A program made the translations under genes and the position numbers. Positions 13,536-27,030 of a DNA stretch of 64,000 nt are shown piece by piece (within the stretch, counting starts at the first letter, position 1; every line of letters starts with the position of its first letter). The notes beneath the pieces are model-generated. The model was not told the DNA's origin and searched no databases. It was given only the letters and a program-made list of their open reading frames with translations. The stretch spans positions 106,702,001 to 106,766,000 of the forward strand of contig NC_042999.1 of the NCBI RefSeq assembly GCF_006345805.1, given 5' to 3'. The stretch is from Octopus sinensis (taxonomy: Eukaryota).

Positions 13536-13569
13536 GGGGAGATTATCAGGAAGAGATGCTTCTTAAGGA

Positions 13570-14070
13570 GCTCACTGTAAACTCATACAATGTTGCTCAC
13601 TTCACTTTTCAGCACTGCATTTATATATTTATTTTTTCTGCTGTTGTTTAGCAGATGCTGCCTAAGTGATACCACACGGCATTCGAAAGCCATCTGCACT
13701 GATCTCAGGCCTCTACCACCTTCATTTCTTCTTAGGTAGAGCCTGTCAACATCACTGTTTCTGTGGAATTTCCCAGTTGTTGTCAGAATTTTGCGGGTTT
13801 TGATATTTATGGAGTGGATCGCCTCTACAGACCAATCAAGTTTCCCAAATGTTGGGATCAGCACTGGTACTACAAATGCATTGTGGGATATTGTTTTGTA
13901 AGAGAAATGTTCCGACTGCCAAATTTTCCTATGTCTGGTGTAATATTCTCGGTATACTCTATCTTTATTCACAATGCCTTCATATGATACATTTTGTCCA
14001 TGTCTAGGTACTTGTAACATTCTTTGTGTGGAATGGGGGAGATAGAAAGACCGTTGATGCACAGGTTTTG
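13570..14070 (-). mobile_element. R4/Dong-type LINE internal fragment
   Basis: ORF 13583-14062: KTRKILTTTGKFHRNSDVDRLYLRRNEGGRGL, homologous to KTRKIMTGSRMHHPKSDIERLYIQRIEGGRGL in the element at 20109-23990. Confidence 0.8.
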
Positions 14071-14349
14071 AGTTTGGAGGACTATCTTTCTTCTATGAAC
14101 ATTTCTTTTGGCAAAATTCCATGCCTATATCATATGAAAATGTTTTTAATTCCAGTTGTTTTTTTGACATTGTTAACACATTTAGCATAAAACAAAGAAA
14201 TTATGACTTACATTGATGTTTCTAGCAGTTGAAGATCCTAGCATATAACCATTTGATTTCTGCAGTAGGAACGATAATGGATTTAGTACGAAAAGGGAAA
14301 ATAGTACAGAAAGACTATCTCCCTGGAATATTCCCTTTGAAATACATAC

Positions 14350-14382
<33 letters not shown>

Positions 14383-14558
14383 TGTATGTATGTATGTATG
14401 TATGTATGTATGTTTAATTTTAGTTCAAATAATTATCTATTTACACCAGAGTTAATCTTTTACAAAGTTTCTCTGTTTATTTCTGTTTTCTGCTTACCCT
14501 TCTGCTTCTTCTCATTATTATTATTATTATATTATTATTATTATTATATTATTATTAT

Positions 14559-14618
<60 letters not shown>

Positions 14619-16502
14619 CAGCAGCAGCAGTAAAACCCCGCCGAGGTCTAAACGATACATGGTGACTGCTTGTCTGTTTATTTTAATATTTACAAATGTT
14701 CATTTGATAAGCGGTAGTATCATAGATATTTATATAAGTATAGCACTGCAGAGACATAAAATTAAATTAAAACAACAAGTAATTATTTATCTATTTTTAA
14801 AAAAAAATTACTCATTTTCTCTCGTTAAATAACAGTATTTGTCTCTGTCTTTAACTCTTCTCTCTCTTTCTTCTTTCTTTCCGTCTTATTTCATTCAACT
14901 TTAGTTCTTATTTTTTTTAAATGAGATACGAAGAACATATGGTGGCTGCCTGTCTGAACATTTTCACATATATATATATATCGTATTTTAGCTGTCAATA
15001 TGATAACTGGCAATATTATAGTATTTTTTAAAAATTTAACTAAAACTCCACAGAAGCGCAGGATTAAATCGTGACAAGATTATTTATGCATCTATTCATA
15101 TTAGACTGTCCCGTATAGAAAATGTCTGTTCAATAGTAATATGACGCCTCATCTTCTAAGTTAACAAATATGACCAACCACAATTACTTCAAGACTTCAT
15201 CTCTCGAATCTTCCTTGTCGATATGACATTATATTAAATATATTAGACCTACTATCATTACCTCTATTATTCTATCTTACGATTCCGTTTCTTATCTTGA
15301 TTATATGCCATTATATGAACATATATGACCAGCCACTAGTTCCTCAATTTACTCCCAAAATCGATCTAAATGCATTTACGAATGTTTTTCTTTATATGTT
15401 GTTATGCTGTTTCCTTTCTTCAATCGTTTGAATATTCGGTAAAGTATAACTTTGAATAGAAATTGAGGATATTTCAGCTTCGTAAATACAAACTGTTACC
15501 AATTAACACACAAATATTATTGCATATATTTACTTATGGGCGACACCGTTGACACATGAAATCAAATTAAAGCATTCGTTATTTATATAAACTAAACTTC
15601 CTTTCCTCTCAAACGAATAAAATGCTTCTTTCTCTATCTCTCTTTCTTTTACCACCCGCCATTATCCAATTACTGTAACTATCCTTACGTCACAAGATGC
15701 CATTACATCAAGTATTCCAACTATTCTGACAGGTATGAACGCCTAAATGCCATTACTCCAATTATTTCAAGAACCCTTATAATGTATGACAGCGATTGGA
15801 TTTCTATGTGATTGCATGTACGGTCCTAGCCAAAGTGATTTGAAATGAAGCTTCTTGTAAAAGCCCTGAACATAAAGAACGGTGACTAGGAATAAAATAC
15901 TGCACAAGGAATGTATGACTTCCCAGGCACCAGTGAAAGCATTCTATCTTTGAATTTAGACAAAAATTTAAACAAATAGAGAACAGAAAATCAAAGGGAA
16001 CGTTTCTATAAGTCCTCATGGAGATTATCGTGATAGCAAATGACAGTGGTATCGCTATCAAGACGGATAAATTTTAAAGGACATACTGAGCAACACTAAT
16101 GGGAAACAATTAAGTTACTTGGAGTTAGGAAAGCCAAATAACTGGTCCGTTACAGCATCAACTAGGATGCACGTCAGATAGATTTCATGCTCACCAGGTG
16201 ACGGGATAAATAACTGGTTGTGAATAACCAGCAGTTCCTGAGTTAGACTGAAAAACAGAACCAAAGTGATTGAGCGAGGCTTCACGGAGAATAGATTAAT
16301 CATATGTTTAGTTCTTGGCGACTAAGAGACGTGTGATTTAAGCATGGGATGTTTCGAGGACATATGACTGAAATTTTGTTTACAATTCAATTCTCATCCT
16401 TACGTTGGATTTCTAGTTTAAACATACTTACATAAACACACATACATACATACATACATACATACATACATACATACATGCATGCATACATGCATACATA
16501 CA

Positions 16503-16535
<33 letters not shown>

Positions 16536-16579
16536 GCATGCATACAAACTTACATACGCACTTATATATATATAGATAA

Positions 16580-16742
<163 letters not shown>

Positions 16743-16884
16743 TACATAATCATGTACGTGTATATATATATATAAACACATATAAACATACATATATGTG
16801 TGTGTGCATGTGAGTGTGAAATAAAATGAGACAACAAATCGAAGCCTGCGTAGTATTTTCACGACATTCATAAAGAGAAAGTTA

Positions 16885-16932
16885 GTCTTACAGCTGTTTC
16901 TGGGATATTAGGGATATCCCTTCATCAGAGAC
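16885..16932 (-). ncRNA. type I hammerhead ribozyme motif (H3)
   Basis: Minus: GUCU-CUGAUGA-A-GGGAUAU-cccua-AUAUCCC-A-GAAAC-AGCU-GUA-AGAC; palindromic stem III ACAGCUGU. Confidence 0.8.
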
Positions 16933-17330
16933 GAAGTGAAATAGTTAAATAGAGGAAAATAGTAGGGTTCAATATAAGGAGTATTTTAGAAAAGGGTGGA
17001 AATAAGAAGTATAAATAGAAATAAGAGAATAAAAATAAAAATGTATGTTGGATGTTACAGTTGCAGTTCCATTATCCAAGGAAATTAGTGCATAGAAGTG
17101 GTAGAAATGCCTCTTGCTCATGGTATGTAAATTCCGATAGAAGTTCATGTTTTGTCATTACAAATTAAAAGTGTGGAGACGTAGAATCCATGTGCTGTCC
17201 ATTCAAAGAGATCTATATTTTTATTTCTACTTTTATTCTCTTATTTCCCTTTATACTTCTTATTTCCACCCTTTTCCAAAATATTCCTTATATTGAACTC
17301 TGCTATTTCCCTATATTTAACCATCTCACA

Positions 17331-17391
17331 TTGTCTTTGATGAAGGGATATCTGGGATATCCGTAATATCCCAGAAACAGCTGTAAGGCAA
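17331..17391 (+). ncRNA. type I hammerhead ribozyme motif, UUGAUGA (C3U) core (H4)
   Basis: UUGUCU-UUGAUGA-A-GGGAUAU...AUAUCCC-A-GAAAC-AGCU-GUA-AGGCAA. Confidence 0.7.
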
Positions 17392-17589
17392 ACTTTCTCT
17401 TTATAAATATCCTGAAAATTCTAAACAGCCATGGCTTTGTTGTCTCATTTTATTTAACATATAGATGTTCATACTAGACCCGCTTCAAACGCCTCACTCA
17501 TATTATTATCGAACCGAGAGTTTAACTACCGTCCTTCCATGAGACTAACATAGCCTACCTGCCACCTTGTGTCTTCTGGATCCCAATAC

Positions 17590-17673
<84 letters not shown>

Positions 17674-18279
17674 GTACATATGTATATGCATGTATTTTTT
17701 TTAATTTTAATTTTGTCACTTCAGTAACTGCTTCTATCCCCCTTTCACCTTGAGTTATTGTTTTAGTCCTTAACGAAGGACTAAAATCTGAAGCATTTAG
17801 ACACCTTATAAGCGTTCCAACCCTTCAAATGTAAAACTAATACGACATTCATCATACATTGTTATTTAAATGTTGTTTATCTCTTGGTGCATTTCACTTT
17901 ACTAATTTATCAAGCAATTGAAGAGGATCAGCTGCATAACAGTATATAAAATCACTCAACAAACATTTCGATAAATGATTTGAAATGAGGAAAATATCGG
18001 TTATCAACACACTATTAGAAAAATCGTCGTACGTTCATATATTCAAATTTTTACACGCAAAGATACCGCTTGGTGTGTTCCCTTCAGTATTATATGTACA
18101 AAACACATGACTGCTAGAAACTTTAAGTGTAAATGAATTAATGAATGTTTCTTATTACGCAACCATCTGTAAAGAGATTGTAAATACTTAATTGGCAAAT
18201 AATGTACTCGGCTTATTATTGGAAGATTATTATTATCATTATTATTATTATTATTATTATTAGTAGTAGTAGTAGTAGT

Positions 18280-18314
<35 letters not shown>

Positions 18315-18498
18315 CATCGGTCGTCTCTGTGAGGAACCTTCCACTTTTGGGGAATTTTTATTGTTTCATTTCATTGTTAATTGCTATTGTTATTTATTTT
18401 ATACGCGATATTGTGCCAAACTCTACTTGTCCCTTCTGTTGTATTGTCCCTGTGTTTTGTGTTCGATACATGTGGTCAAATAAGAAAACATTATCATA

Positions 18499-18873
18499 GG
18501 CGCAGGAGTGGCTGTGTGGTAAGTAGCTTGCTAACCAACCACATGGTTCCGGGTTCAGTCCCACTGCGTGGCATCTTGGGCAAGTGTCTTCTGCTATAGC
18601 CCCGGGCCGACCAATGCCTTGTGAGTGGATTTGGTAAACGGAAACTGAAAGAAGCCTGTCGTATATATGTATATATATATAAGTGTGTGTGTATATGTTT
18701 GTGTGTCTGTGTTTGTCCCCCTAGCATTGCTTGACAACCGATGCTGGTGTGTTTATGTCCCCGTCACTTAGAATAAGTACTGGGCTTACAAAGAATAAGT
18801 CCCGGGGTCGATTTGCTCGACTAAAGGCGGTGCTCCAGCATGGCCGCAGTCAAATGACTGAAACAAGTAAAAG

Positions 18874-18877
<4 letters not shown>
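18499..18877 (+). mobile_element. full-length tRNA-derived SINE (family A)
   Basis: A-box-like tggctgtgtggtaag, B-box-like ggttcagtccc, central ccttgggcaagtgtcttct, internal microsatellite, 3' stem-loop tail catggccgcagtcaaatgactgaaac; multiple copies in the window. Confidence 0.85.
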
Positions 18878-18906
<29 letters not shown>

Positions 18907-18968
18907 GTTGCTGTTGTTATTATTATTATTATTATCATTATTGTTATTATTATTATTATTATTATTAT

Positions 18969-19007
<39 letters not shown>

Positions 19008-19563
19008 AAGTCATTATTGATTTTTATGGGATTGTTGGAATTAATTTTAATACGCAGAGATTTTTCGTTAAGTATACTATAATGAGAATATTTACGAGTA
19101 CTTAACTCTCAAGTTATATCTAAGAATTTAATTACACTGAGATTCTTATTTACTGTGACCATTAAGTTTGAATATTTGAATTTGTTGATAAGGATCTACT
19201 GAACAATATTCAGTGTAACTATTCATTCTTCACAAAATGAATAGGCAATCATCATTGTAGAGACTGAAATTTTTATCATTAGTCAGCATTTCGGCTTCCA
19301 AGGTGTTTATACATATGATACTGAAGACATGAAAATGTCCAATTTTTGCATGTGAGTAAATAAGTATATCTATTACTCTGCAGATAACAACTGAAAAGAT
19401 AAATATGCGACACATACTCTAACTGTGTGTGACAATCGATCATATCTATTTCGATGGTTAATCATATTTTGATACGTTTACGAATAATTTTGCTTCGCCA
19501 CTTCAATCGTTTCTAAAATAAGCTAACTCAAACTCATAAGATTCAGGAAGCTACGACTTATAC

Positions 19564-19640
<77 letters not shown>

Positions 19641-20046
19641 GTGTGTATGTGTTTATAGATGCGTTTATACAAGAAAATGCACATGCTTGCAACCTGCTGA
19701 AAATATTATCTGACTTTTGTAACACCGTCTAAAAGAAAGATTTATCAAATGCTTTACAACATCAATTATTTGCCAGCCTTTGGCAGACATTTATTGGTTA
19801 TTGTAAACTCGTAGTTGTCATAGCTGTCGCAATTTCCATAACCTTCTTCTTGCACAAAATTGAAATAACTTTAATCATCAGTGAAATATCGCATATTCAC
19901 TACTGAATGTTGTTTTTTTTTTATCGTGGATCTAATACATTATTTTTGAGAATACTGTAAATTAGTAACGTTTAGCAGTTACGCAGTTTACAATATATAC
20001 AGTGTTCAAATCCAACTTTTCCTTTCTCATTTATATTATCAAATAC

Positions 20047-20047
<1 letters not shown>

Positions 20048-20108
<61 letters not shown>
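20048..20108. repeat. (TAA)n array 5' of the Dong-like element
   Basis: Direct reading; matching (TAA)n at 23988-24048. Confidence 0.95.
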
Positions 20109-23100
20109 TATCCCCGACCCCAAACACCATGTACAAAAAAACTAAGAAGAAATTAAATACCACCGATATTATTCAACCCAAGAATAACAATCGGGACGTA
20201 CGTACTTTAAACTTACAACACAAAATGTACGATAAACTACACGTGCAAAACAATGTGACAACAGAAATGAACAGACCGGTACCCTACGAAAATGACGACC
20301 GTCAAAATAATGGGCCGGACGTTGTTCCTCATGTCCCGCAAATAAAACCCAAAAGACATAAATGGACACGTGAGGAATACATTTCTATCCTACACGCATA
20401 CTTCACAGCAGTGCTCTACCCAAAAAATGAAAACACAACACATACATATAAAATATGGAAGGAAAATAACATAAATATACACTTGGATACAGCAACGAAC
20501 CCTAATAAACTAGCTAACGTACGAAGATACATTCTCACGGCAAAAAATATCAGAAATAGAAATAGAACATCTAAAAGAAAAAATACACCAGGAAAATGTA
20601 GATAGAAGCCACACAACAATGCCCAATAATATAAACACTGAAACAGTAAAACACGAAGGCAAAAGTAACATTCCCAACAAACACGATATAAAAAAAACAA
20701 CAAACCCAGACCGTAAGGATGCATAATAATACACGACAAACAGCAAGCCAAAACACGACAAACAAATATATAAATAAGAGAGAAAGCGACACAAATCTAA
20801 AACCTGGAAACAACGAAGGGGAGCCTAATGATTATGATAATATAAAAAGTAAAATAATCAAACAACTGAAAACCACAGAGCTCAAAATGGACCACCGATC
20901 ATACCTCCCAAAAATCAAAATAGACGAAACAACAACACCAATTATAAACAGCATAAACCTAGCCGTCACGGAACTAATAGCCACTGAAACAAAAAGCGAT
21001 ATCACTGAGCTAAATGACTTAGTATATGCAGCAGCCACTGCAGCCACAAAAGAAGCTGGACACTCACTCAAACCCATCCAAATAGGAGTGCCACCACCCA
21101 AACAAACCCTGTGGATAAATAACATCCAAAACAAAATACAAAAATGGGAAAAGATCTGTCGATTCTTAATGAAATCAGTAGACAAACAACGCTACTGATC
21201 AACAAAAAGAAAACAAAAATACTCCGCAAATATAACATCACAGAAAAAGATTTGCCGGAGATAAAAGAAAAGCTGAAGCAAGATATCCTTGCCAAAGCAC
21301 AAAGGATCCGCCGGTACGAGAAACGCCAGTTCAACTCCAACCCCAAAAAGTTCTACCAAGAACGTGGCAAAAATAAAATAGAAATCACTGCAGCACCAAC
21401 GGCAGAAGTGGAAGAATTCTGGAGAGAGATATGGTCGGCGAACGAACAACCAAAAAGAAAAAGAAGTATTAAAACAACAAACTCGGCATCTGAGCAACTT
21501 TGGACCCCCATAACAACTGAAGAGGTCACCCAGGCACTGCAAAATCTAAGCAACTGGAAGGCACCTGGGCATGACAAGATCCCCAACTTCTGGTTGAAAT
21601 ATCTAACAGGAATGCACAAAAAGCTGGCTGAAAACTTTAACAACATACTAGCAGAGCCAGAGACAATGCCTGAATGGCTCACGAAGGGAAAACCATCTTA
21701 ATTCCCAAATCAAATAAGACAGCAAAAACCAGAAAACTACAGACCAATGACCTGTCTCCCTACAATGTACAAGGCATTTACTGCAGTGATATCGCAAAAG
21801 CTGAACAAGCACCTGGACGAAAACAACCTGTTTCCAGAAGAGCAGAAAGGATGCCGCAAAGGCTCATATGGCTGTAAAGATCAACTAATGATTAATAAAG
21901 CCATAACTGAAGACAGCCACAGAAAAAAGAAAGGCCTCAGTATGGCCTGGATCGACTACAAAAAAGCGTTTGATAGCATCCCTCACACATGGATCCTCGA
22001 AACACTAGCCATTAACAAAGTAGCACCAACAATTATAAAATTCTTAGGACACTATGAATAAATGGCAAACAGTGCTACAGCTCCAAACAAAAGAGGGACT
22101 CATGAAAACCAAAGCCATCCCCATTAGAAGAGGAATATTCCAGGGAGACACGCTCTCTCCACTCCTTTTCTGCTTGGCACTGTCACCTCTATCTGATATG
22201 CTAAATAGAACTAGATGCAGATATAAATGTTACGGCAAAACGATCAGCCACCTTTTATATATGGATGACCTAAAACTATACGTTGCAAATGACAAACAGC
22301 TGGAAACACTATTAAAGACAGTTCATGGATTTACCAAAGAAATAGATATGAAATTTGGATTAGAAAAATGCGCCAAAGTAACCTGAAAAGAGGAAAACTA
22401 GTCAAGAGTAGCAACATCACACTAGATAAAACCAATGAAATAAAAGAATTAGACCAAAGCCAAACTTACAAATACTTAGGAATCCATGAACTAGATAAGA
22501 CACAACACACACAAATGAAAGAGAAAATAAAAAAAAAAGAATATTATAGACGAGTTAGATCAATACTAAAAACAGAGCTCAATGCTAAAAACAAGATAAT
22601 AGGTATTAACACTTTAGCTGTCCCAGTTATAAGTTACAGCTACAATATCCTTAACTGGACACGAAATGAACTGACCAAAATAGATAGGAAAACAAGAAAA
22701 ATAATGACAGGATCTAGGATGCATCACCCAAAATCTGACATAGAAAGACTATATATACAACGTATAGAAGGTGGAAGAGGCCTTATACAGCTGGAAAACT
22801 ACTATAAAATAACCACCATAGGACTGCAAAAATATCTACTTCAGAAGGAAGGAAAACTGATACCAATAGCGGCAAAACACGAGCAAAACAAAAAAAATGT
22901 TCTCAGTATTTAAGGAAGCTGACAAATACAAACAAGAAATCATACCACCTAATAAATATGAAGAAGAAGAAGAAGAAGAGAAGAAGAAAGAAGAAGAAGA
23001 AAGAAGAAGAAGAAGAAGAAGAAGAAGAAGAAGAAGAAGAAGAAAGAAGAAGAAGAAACAACAAAAGCTATAAAACAAATGAAATCCAAACTAAAAATAG

Positions 23101-23989
23101 AACAGCAACGAGCCATGATAAAACGATGGCAAGAAAAGCCCCTTCATGGTAAATACTGCACTAAACTAAACGCAAAAGAAATAGACAAAGAAAAATCCCA
23201 GCAATGGTTGAGAAGCTCAGGACTCAAAGCAGAAACAGAGGGATTTTTAATTGCAGCACAAGACCAAAGCCTCCCCACCAGAAATTACCAAAAACATGTA
23301 ATGAAAAGAAATATTACAAGTAACTGCAGAATATGTGGAGATGGACAAGAAACAATAAATCATATTATCTCTAGCTGCCCAGTCCTGGCTAAGAAGGAAT
23401 ATATTCAGACATGACAGAGTTGGAACCTACATACATTGGAAGCTATGCCAACATTATGGAATAACAACAGAAAAAAAATGGTATAGGCACACACCAGAAA
23501 ATGTCACAGAAAACGAGAAAGCAACCATACTCTGGGATATGCCGATACACACAGATAGAGAAATTAAGGCCAACAGACCAGATATAGTTGTCAGAGATCA
23601 TGAAGAAAAAAAATGCTTTCTAATTGATGTATTAATACCGGCAGATGACAACGTGTCTCTAAAAGAAATGGAGAAACTCTCAAAATACAAAGACCTGGAA
23701 ATAGAGATAACTAGAATGTGGAACCTGAAAACAGAAACAATTCCTATCATAGTAGGTGCATTAGGCATGATAAAAAAATATTCAGACAAATACATAACAA
23801 AAACACCAGGACTTACAAACACATATAACATACAGAAAATTGCACTACTAGGCACTGCACACATCCTACGCAGAACACTTTCCATACAATAACCATCAGA
23901 GCATCACAACAAATCACAGCACATACACAAGGCACACAGAGCTGCGCTCGGTAGTGAAGTGAAAGCACGCTATAAAAATAAAACTACTA

Positions 23990-23990
<1 letters not shown>
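20109..23990 (+). mobile_element. near-full-length R4/Dong-clade non-LTR retrotransposon (RT + CCHC + restriction-like endonuclease), frameshifted
   Basis: Collinear ORF pieces: KAPGHDKIPNFWLK, WIDYKKAFDSIPH, GIFQGDTLSPLLF, HLLYMDDLKLY, CRICGDGQETINHIISSC, NRPDIVV...FLIDV...EKLSKYKDL; flanked on both sides by (TAA)n. Confidence 0.92.
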
Positions 23991-24050
<60 letters not shown>

Positions 24051-24253
24051 TAATACAAAACCTTGAATACTGTTTCGACAGAGATCTCCATTGTCAGCTC
24101 ACCAGTATGTTATTGTAGCTACTTATTTTAGGACTAATTGATGCAGTCAAGAATTGTGACGTTGCTTTGATGTATAGCGATTCGTTTCGCAACAGATTCG
24201 GCGTTTAAATACATCTTTCCGTCTTCTTCATCTATATTAGATATCACACACAC

Positions 24254-24359
24254 ATACTTGCTTCGGCAGAATATATACTAAAAATGGAACGATACAGGGA
24301 AGATTGGTGTGGCCCCTGCGCAAAGAAGACACGCATATTTGTGAAGCGTTCCGTTTCTT
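24254..24359 (+). pseudogene. U6: full-length U6 snRNA pseudogene
   Basis: atacttgcttcggcagaatatatactaaaaatggaacgatacagggaagattggtgtggcccctgcgcaaagaagacacgcatatttgtgaagcgttccgtttctt aligns end to end with U6; ACAGAGA box reads ACAGGGA and the AGC triad reads GGU, so it is unlikely to be functional. Confidence 0.9.
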
Positions 24360-24360
24360 A

Positions 24361-24563
24361 GTCGCAGGCGTGGCTGTATGTTAAGGAACTTGCTTCACAG
24401 CCATATGGTTCCGGTTTATGTCCCACTGCGTAGCACCTTCAGCAAGTGTCTTCTATAACATCGAGTCGACCAAAGATTTATGATTGGATTTGATAGGGGA
24501 AACTGGAAGAAGCCGCTAAGTTACGGGGACGTAAACACACCATCAAGTGATGTTGGGGGACAA

Positions 24564-24570
<7 letters not shown>
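24361..24570 (+). mobile_element. SINE family A copy abutting the U6 3' end
   Basis: gtcgcaggcgtggctgtatgttaagg... corresponds to SINE 5' end ggcgcaggagtggctgtgtggtaag; distal part (gctaagttacggggacgtaaacac) is SINE 3' sequence in inverted orientation. Confidence 0.75.
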
Positions 24571-24612
<42 letters not shown>

Positions 24613-24747
24613 GAGGGCATTATACATACATGCCAGGAGGCATTCTACATACATGCCAAACGCTAAGAGGGACAATCAGTCATTTCTACCAAAAATATTA
24701 CTAATCCCACCGAATGCAATTTTTCAAAGTAAGACATTTAAAAATAT

Positions 24748-24795
24748 AGACCTGTATCACAGTGATTTCATACTTACGTAATCATCAGCAGGCCT
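24748..24795 (-). ncRNA. type I hammerhead ribozyme motif (H5)
   Basis: Minus: AGGCCUG-CUGAUGA-U-UAC-GUAA-GUA-U-GAAA-UCAC-U-GUG-AUA-CAGGUCU; 7-bp stem I, GNRA loop 2, quasi-palindromic stem III, AUA triplet. Confidence 0.8.
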
Positions 24796-24911
24796 GAATG
24801 CATTATAAATAAACAACGACCCTGCCTCGCTTAAGCCGATCAGCTAACTGATCAACATCAACGAAGCACATGGGTGAGTTTATATATATTACATCCGGGT
24901 AAATGGTAAAC

Positions 24912-24948
<37 letters not shown>

Positions 24949-24950
24949 TA

Positions 24951-25099
24951 CCACGGGTTTCTTTCAGTATCCGTCTACCAAATCCACTCACAAGGCTTCG
25001 ATCGGCTCGAGGCGATAGTAGAAGACACTTGCCCGGGACTGAACCCATAACCATGTGGTTGGTAAGCAAGCTGCTAAGCACGCAGCCACTCCTACGCCT
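24951..25099 (-). mobile_element. SINE family A, 5' part with internal deletion
   Basis: Reverse complement of 18499-18660. Confidence 0.8.
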
Positions 25100-25414
25100 T
25101 TATTAAATGACATTTATTAAATGACAACTACTTTTTTAAAAAGTTTATATCCAATTAAGCTTTATCCTCATGCCAATGTACTTTCTGTAATTCTTCTTTT
25201 AATTACATTCCAAATATAATACTCTTTATGGTGTCTCACGTTTATCGCACATTTCATATTCTCTCTGCCAATAAATTAAATTCATCGAGAAAATCCCAAA
25301 CGCATTACAAGAATAATCTCAGCTTATAGAAAAATTACTTATTTGTACTAAAATGTTTTATCATATATATTAGAAGAGATACCCAGCGTTGCTCGAGATT
25401 AAAATGGCATAGGT

Positions 25415-25722
25415 TTTTATTGTCTTACTTGTTTCAATGATGTGACTGCGGTCATGCTGGAGCACCTCTTTTAGTCGAATAAATCGATCCCAGGTTTTAT
25501 TCTTTGTAATACTAGTACTTATTCTATCGCTGTCTTTTGCCGAACCGCTAGAATATATGGGGATGTAAACACAGCAACATTGGTTGTCAAGCGATGCTGG
25601 GGGTACAAATACACACACACACACACACATACACCGATATACACATATATACGACAGTCTTCTTTCAGTTTCCGTGTACGAAATCCACTCACAAGGATTT
25701 GATGGTCGGCCTGGGGCTGTAG
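25415..25722 (-). mobile_element. SINE family A, 3' two-thirds
   Basis: acttgtttcaatgatgtgactgcggtcatgctggagcacc...tttcagtttccgtgtacgaaatccactcacaag is the reverse complement of the family A body and tail. Confidence 0.75.
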
Positions 25723-25752
25723 TATATATATATACATTATATATATATATAC

Positions 25753-25799
<47 letters not shown>

Positions 25800-25853
25800 T
25801 ATATACATATATATATATATATATGTATATACATACATACATACATACATACA

Positions 25854-25887
<34 letters not shown>

Positions 25888-26304
25888 CATACATAGACAT
25901 ATACATGTGGTCAATTGTTACGGCTGGAAAACTCGTCCTTTGCAAACCACAGTTTTTCGAGACGATCGTAAGTATATGTACTCACTAAAGATTCATCCTA
26001 ATTCTTCGAACATCACCGCTTCTTAAGAGACTTACCTTGTAACATCGTCGTCGATTTGTAAAATCTGAATTTTCATACCAGACATATTAATGAGGGGTAC
26101 ATTTATGTATTATACGCTTTCATGATATGTATATTTGTACTTGAATTCATACTGTATATGAATATGCCTATGATGTGAAGTGATAGAATTTGATAAAGTG
26201 ACTTGAACTTGACCTCTGTTCTCCATTCTTGCCTTATAGTCTCATTGCTCCTGTATTAAATGATATCCTTTTAACACACCTCTTATAATTACATATATAT
26301 ATAT

Positions 26305-26389
<85 letters not shown>

Positions 26390-26439
26390 CTACACACACA
26401 TACATATATATATACATGTATATATACATATATGTATGT

Positions 26440-26493
<54 letters not shown>

Positions 26494-26716
26494 TTATATA
26501 TATACATGCAGCTTTCCCGGGGACGTTTATACATACACATCTGTTAACGGTTATTTTCAATACTTTTCTCGCTGGATTTTGTCTTCTGCAATTTTATTTT
26601 GGAATCTTCTATGTATATGGAGAATTTTACTCCGTCTGGCTGTTTTTCTCTTTACAAAACGGAAACTTGCATTATGGAATGTCATTTTAACGAGTTTTTT
26701 TTATTATTATTTATTT

Positions 26717-26770
26717 ATCACCCGACGAGATACTTCTGCACCCTAGATGTGGTGAAACAATTGGTCTGAT
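26717..26770 (+). ncRNA. degenerate hammerhead-like motif, CCGACGA core (H6), paralogue of H2
   Basis: AUCAC-CCGACGA-GAUAC...GAAAC-AAUU-G-GUC-UGAU; flanks match the 2160-2390 region. Confidence 0.4.
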
Positions 26771-26850
26771 TAATAATATATTCTCGTATATTCCATCTTA
26801 TATATATATATAGTTGAAATTTACAGAAAAACAAAAGACAAATAGAGGTG

Positions 26851-26882
<32 letters not shown>

Positions 26883-27030
26883 TATGTATATATATGTATA
26901 TATACCGGAGTAAACACATAAATGTGAAACAAGGTGGCAAAAAGAGTACTCAAATACCAGAGGTAGAGTAATATGCTTTATCTAAAAGCATCAGAAATTT
27001 AACAAAAGCTGTTACTCGGGGTTTTACGTT

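Larger units (their letters stand above)
16818..17457. mobile_element. inverted pair of Penelope-like pLTRs (family B), each with a hammerhead
   Basis: 16818-17045 and 17215-17457 are diverged inverted repeats of about 230 bp around a spacer of about 170 bp. Confidence 0.75.

Noticed and set aside
17760-17805. gtcc-ttaacga-aggac-taaaa-tct-gaagc hammerhead-like relic
   Set aside because: Three or more core substitutions; at best a dead copy.
24060-24112. Minus-strand CUGGUGA...GUC-GAAAC-AGUA
   Set aside because: Core mutated and no stem I complementarity.
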